Of a stretch of 64,000 nucleotides of DNA, positions 58,562 through 64,000 are shown in pieces. Numbering within the stretch: the stretch's first letter is position 1; each line of letters begins with the position of its first letter. The notes beneath the pieces are model-generated. The model had not been told where the DNA came from, searched no databases, and saw only the letters and a list, made by a program, of their open reading frames with translations. A program made the translations under genes and the position numbers. The stretch lies in assembly GCF_009914755.1 (NCBI RefSeq), contig NC_060934.1; one strand, 5' to 3'. The DNA comes from the human T2T-CHM13v2.0 reference genome, Homo sapiens.

Positions 58562-58750
<189 letters not shown>

Positions 58751-61700
58751 TTATGCCAGGCATCATATAAAACAAAGGAGGTTGCAATCTAGGAAAGAAG
58801 ACTGACAGTAATACTAGAATGGGCTAACCACCCCAATCAGGGAACTTGTGCCATGTTAAAGAAACACAGAGTCTGAGGCACTGCTTGGCTTGAGAGGGAG
58901 GCATTCCAAGACAGAGAGGAGAGCATCTGCAAAGTCTTCATGGCATGAAAGACTCCCATGGTATGCTAGGGAATTACAATGGATTGTTACAAATGATTAA
59001 AAGTCAGAGTATTTGTGGGAAGGGGAAGGTAAACAATCATAGGGCTTTTGAATGCAGTTAACAGTTCCCATCTCTTGGCAGGATAGCATAAATTGGAGAA
59101 CTTGGAAGGACCCACGTTCATTTAGAGATCTCATTGGTAGGGACTATGTATTCTCATGAGGACATTAATGAGCTCCATCCTTGCAGAGTTTTATTCAAGA
59201 TTCAAAGTCCCAGAAGAAAGTGTGACTGGCCTGGTTTGGGCCATGTAGCCATCTCTAAGCTAGGGGAAAACAGGGCACTTTGAGAGTACTCATTAGGGGA
59301 GAGATACTTCTCCAAAAACAAACTGGGATGCTGACTAGCCAAAAAACAACAAATGTTCTCTACAATGGTTTAGACCATGGAAGTTCTCATCTCCATGTGA
59401 AGACTATCCAGCAAAGGAGAACCATTGCAACATTCTAAACAGAGGAATGACATGGTTGAATTTGTGTTTCAAGGTGATCACTCTTAGAAACCATGTCAGA
59501 GGGTACACTGACTGGGAAGGAGACTAGTTAGAAGGCTGATTTAATAGCTGAGGCAAAAGATAGGAAAACTTAAAATCTATAAAATTATAAAATGATATAG
59601 GGACCAATTTGAAAGATAGAGAATTACCACATAACTGGTAGTGGCTGTGATTAGTAGATAAAGGTCTAAGATAGTTTCTGGATTTCCGGTTAGAACTTAG
59701 AATAACAAGAACAAAGAATTGCTAGAAAGTGAGGGAAGTGTGCCTCACATTGCAGGATCCTCTAGAATAGTTCCAATTTCAAATATGATATCTCATCATT
59801 CCAATAACACATCAAAATTTCATGAAACTCCAGCATTATTGAATCTAAAATACATCTTCAAGATTTCTTTTGCAACTGGAAATAGTACAAAATTATTTTG
59901 TCAAATTCAGTTTCTTGATTTGTGGCTTGGAAAATATAATCATAGATCACTGAAGAGATGCAACAGAAACAAAAAATAGAAAACCTATGAGATACCAGTA
60001 TATTAAGGAACGGTGTCTGGTAAAGCAAGGGCTAAAGTTTCACTGGAAATAGAACTGTCCTAACCAAGAAGAATGAGAAATTGATGATTAGGCTAAAGAG
60101 GTCTTAGGGAAAAAAAGACAATATCTTTTGGCAGTAAGAAGCTAACGTCTGTCAAACCCCAGGGGTACAGCTGGCTCAGATAGAAGCATGGCAATAGCTC
60201 CTTTATCCTCAACCAAATCTGTCACTGTGGATTTAGATTAAAAGTCATTATGTTTCCAAGTCTACAGAGAGGTATGGCCCATGGTACAAATACTTGGATC
60301 CATCACAAAGACTCTGGTACCCACCAATCTAAGGCTGAATTGATTGTCAACATCATGTACAATGATAATTATGGGCATTTCCTTTTATTGAATCTGGTTC
60401 TTCAGACATCTTTGGAGGCACAAAGAAGCTGCTTCTGGGTGTTTTAATTCCTAGGGTATTTTTTGTCTTGATTATTTCTTAGTCACATGTGGTCATGAAT
60501 GCTCTTTTTGAGACTGCTGAATCTGAACCTGAGTCTTAGGAAAAGGGCCCTGGAGATTAGCAGGTGCAACCTCATATTCAATGTAGGATTTAATCTTCTA
60601 ATTTTTCAGATGAAGAAACAGAAATCCCAAGAGGTTAAAAGAAGCAGAGGGCATATAGGACAAAAGCACAGACCCTGAAGCCCAAACAACCTATTAGCTT
60701 CTTAATCTTGATGAGGGTCCTTATCTTCTTTGTGCCTGTTTCATCATCTATAAAACAGGGAAAATAATACCTACCTCAAATGGTAGTTGTGAAGGTTCAT
60801 GAATTAAACCAGAAAAAGTGTTCAGAACAGCCTAACACATAGTACGTAAGTTCTATATGAGTACTTGTTTTCATGAGTATACCAAAGAATCCCATGGCAA
60901 GTAAGGTTCTGAACCTATCTGTACTAAAGTTAAAGGAAGAAAATTCTATCCATTGACAAATTTACAATGACTAATGAACGGATGTCATATGCACTATCCT
61001 TTTCTCTCCATTACACAACTGGCATCTGAGTTATTCAAATTCATCCAAGAAGTTTCTGTAGTGACACGCAGGTATGGTAACCAGTTCAGAGAATCAAAGT
61101 CCAGCAACCAAAATAGTCTGAAACTTGGCCTTTTAATGTGAATTTAAATAGAATTAAATCACTCCTCAGGCATCACCCTCCTTCCACATCACATCAATAT
61201 TTCTATAACTCGGGTACATCTTCTGTCAACTGTGGTCTTAATGAAGTAAAGGATTGGATTCTGCCTTCGATGTAATTCTTGGAAAGGCCACTAGTTCAAC
61301 TTTTCTTTGGCTGGTCAAGATTATTTTTCAGCAGGTTCTCCAGCCAGTAATGTTATAATGTACACCAAATAAATTAAGAAATGAACATTACTGTGAGGTG
61401 GAAAAATAAATACCTAATGGAACTCCTGTGGTGCTGACAACTGTAATTTGCAAAAAGTTTGACTTGTCAAGTGTGGCCCAAATGGCATATTTTATAAAAA
61501 GAAGTATGTAACTAATAAATACCCAAAGCAAAAAACTCAATATGCAAAGAGCTTGCTTGTGGAACATTAGCTATGATAATTATTTGAAGTACACAGTGTT
61601 CCTCCAACCCTGAAATAATAAAGTAACCTCTCAAAGTATAAAATAGCAAAGAAAATATTCAGCACTGCACACATGCCTGGCATAGAGTAGGTACCCAATG

Positions 61701-62079
61701 ATTTAGTAGGTAAATAAATTTAATGACTGTCAATTAAAAAGTATCTCAGGTTAACTTGGCTCCTCATTACTTGACCTAAGGCACTTGAAGAAAATGTGAG
61801 GAATTTCTTATGTAATTAACTATTTAATATGTAATGGGTAATAAGGAACCCCAATAATAAGGTAAATTATTATTAGATGGCATAAAAAATAAATTCAAAG
61901 AAAATAAATGAAAGTTTTAAAACTCAAACCTCTTACTTTGGTTTGAGTTTTAAAACTCATTTATTTTCTTTAAATTTCTTTATTTCATAATCTGTATTTC
62001 ACATTTCAAATGCTGAGAATTATCAGGTGTCAAAAATGTGCTCCCCCTTCTAGAGATTAGGAGAAAATCTTTTCAAAAA

Positions 62080-62716
62080 CTATAAAAGTGGGGCAGCCAC
62101 TTTGTAAAATAGCCTGGCACTTCCTCAAAAGGTTAAAGATAGAGTCACCAGATGAGCCAATGGTTTCCATTCCTGGGTACATAACCAAGAAAAATGAAAA
62201 CATGCCCTCACAAAGACTTGTACATGAATGTTCATAGCAGCATTATTCACATTAGCCAAAAAGTGGAAACAACCCAAATGCCCATCAACTGATGAACAAA
62301 TAAAGAAAATGTGGTATATCCATACAATGGAATATTATTCTGCTGTAAAAAGTACTTATAAATTCTAAGTGGAAAGAAGACAGATAGGAAAGGCTACATG
62401 TTATATATTCCATTTATATGAACATCACAGAATTAGGTGAATTTAGAGACAGAAAGAAGATTACTGGTTGCCTAGGGCTGAAGAAGGGGACCTGCTGAGG
62501 GAAAATGGGGAGAAGCTCCTAACATGTACTAATGGGCATGGGGTTTCTTTTTGGAATGATGAAAATTTCTAAAATTGATTGTGATGTTGATTGCAGAACT
62601 CTGTAAATATGCTAAAAAGCATTAAATTTTACACTTTGAATTGCATGTCAATTGTATGTCAAGTGAATTGTATGGTATATGAATTACCTCTCAATAAAGC
62701 TGTTATTTAAAAAAAT
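62080..62716 (+). mobile_element. L1MB-type 3'-end fragment
   Basis: gcagccactttgtaaaatagcctggc...gccaaaaagtggaaacaacccaaatgcccatcaactgatgaa...tcaataaagctgttatttaaaa. Confidence 0.85.
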
Positions 62717-62744
62717 ACAGCAGATGTAACTTTAGCTCTGCTTG

Positions 62745-63107
62745 TGTTTTTTTTTTTTGCTTTCATTTTTTTCTGATTTTTTTTTCTATTTTATTTTATT
62801 TTATTTTTACATGAATAAGTTCTTTAGTGGTGATTTCTGAGATTTCAGTGCACCCATCACTGGAGCAGTGGACGCTGTACCCAATGTGTAGTCTTTTATC
62901 CCTCACCATCCCCTACTCTTTCCCCCAAGTCCCCAAAGTCTTATGCCTTGGCATGCTCATAGCTTAGTTCCCACTTATGAGTGAGAACATATGATGTTTG
63001 GTTTTCCATTCCTGAGTTACTTCACTTAGAATAATGGTCTCCATTTCCTTCCAGGTTGCTGCAAATGCCATTATTTCATTCCTTTTTATAGCTGAGTAGT
63101 ATTCCGT

Positions 63108-63153
<46 letters not shown>

Positions 63154-64000
63154 AAACAATTTCTTTATCCACTCAATGACTGATGGTCATTTGGGCTGGT
63201 TCCATATTTTTGCAATTGTGAATTGTGCTGCTATATACATGCATGTGAAAGTATGTTTTTCGTATAATGACTTCTTTTCCTCTGGGTAGATAGCCAGTAG
63301 TGGAATTGCTGGGTCAAACGGTAGTTCTGCTTTTAGTTTTTTAAGGAATCTTCACACTGTTTTCCATAGTGATTGTACTAGTTTACATTCCCACCTATAG
63401 TGTAAAAGTGTTCTCTTTTCACCACATCCATGCCAACATCTATTATTATTTGATTTGATTTTTTTTTATCATGGCCATTCTTTCAGGAGCAAGGTGGTAT
63501 CACATTGTGGTTTTGATTTGCATTTCTCTGATCATTAGTGATGTTGAGCATTTTTTTATATGTTTGTTGGCCATTTGTATATCTTCTTTTGATAATTGTC
63601 TAATCATGTCCTTAGCCCAATTTTTGATGGGATTGTTTGTTTTTTTCTTGCTAATTTATTTGAGTTCCTTATAGATTCTGGATATTGGTCCTTCGTCACA
63701 TGTGTAGATTGCAAAGATTTTCTCCCACTCTGTGGGCTGTTTGCTCTGCTGATTGTTTCTTTTGCTGTGTAGAATCTTGTTAGTTTAATTAAGTCCCATC
63801 TATTTATCTTTGTTTTTGTTACATTTGCTTTTGGGTTCCAGGTCATGAAGTCTTTGCCTAAGCCAAGGTCTAGCTTATCTTCTAGAACTTTTATGGTTTC
63901 AGGCCTTATATTTAAGTCTTTGATCCATCTTGAGTTGATTTTTGTATAAGGTAAGAGATGATCCAGTTTCATTCTTCTACATGTGGCTTGTCAAGCACCA
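62745..64000 (-). mobile_element. L1PB-type LINE-1 3' region (continues beyond window), with internal (GT)n at 63109-63150
   Basis: T-rich tail, then ttctttagtggtgatttctgagat...; ORF 63604..63972 translates to L1 ORF2 C-terminal sequence ([20 protein letters not shown]). Confidence 0.9.

Overview
This is primate, almost certainly human, genomic DNA: about half is interspersed repeats, including a human-specific AluYb8, an SVA and an L1PA2-type fragment. It holds the 5' two-thirds of SLC16A9 (monocarboxylate transporter MCT9) on the minus strand. A CpG-island promoter and non-coding exon 1 lie at about 50.5-52.1 kb, and the coding exons are 26148-25953, 14963-14820 and 6370-6275 (the last is missing from the ORF track). 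These splice by GT-AG rules into one frame; later exons lie beyond the left edge. I found no convincing new multi-gene system. The most unusual items are retrotransposition and duplication structures. They are a chimeric Alu-mRNA-3'UTR retrocopy under one TSD (28636-29073), an SVA with 5'-transduced sequence, a tiny L1 with an apparent 3' transduction, and a decayed 28S rRNA fragment retaining a near-intact I-PpoI/R2 target. There are also three short direct local duplications, a 286-codon antisense ORF, a uORF in exon 1 and an AT-rich hairpin. Repeat subfamily calls come from remembered consensus features, not from a database search.
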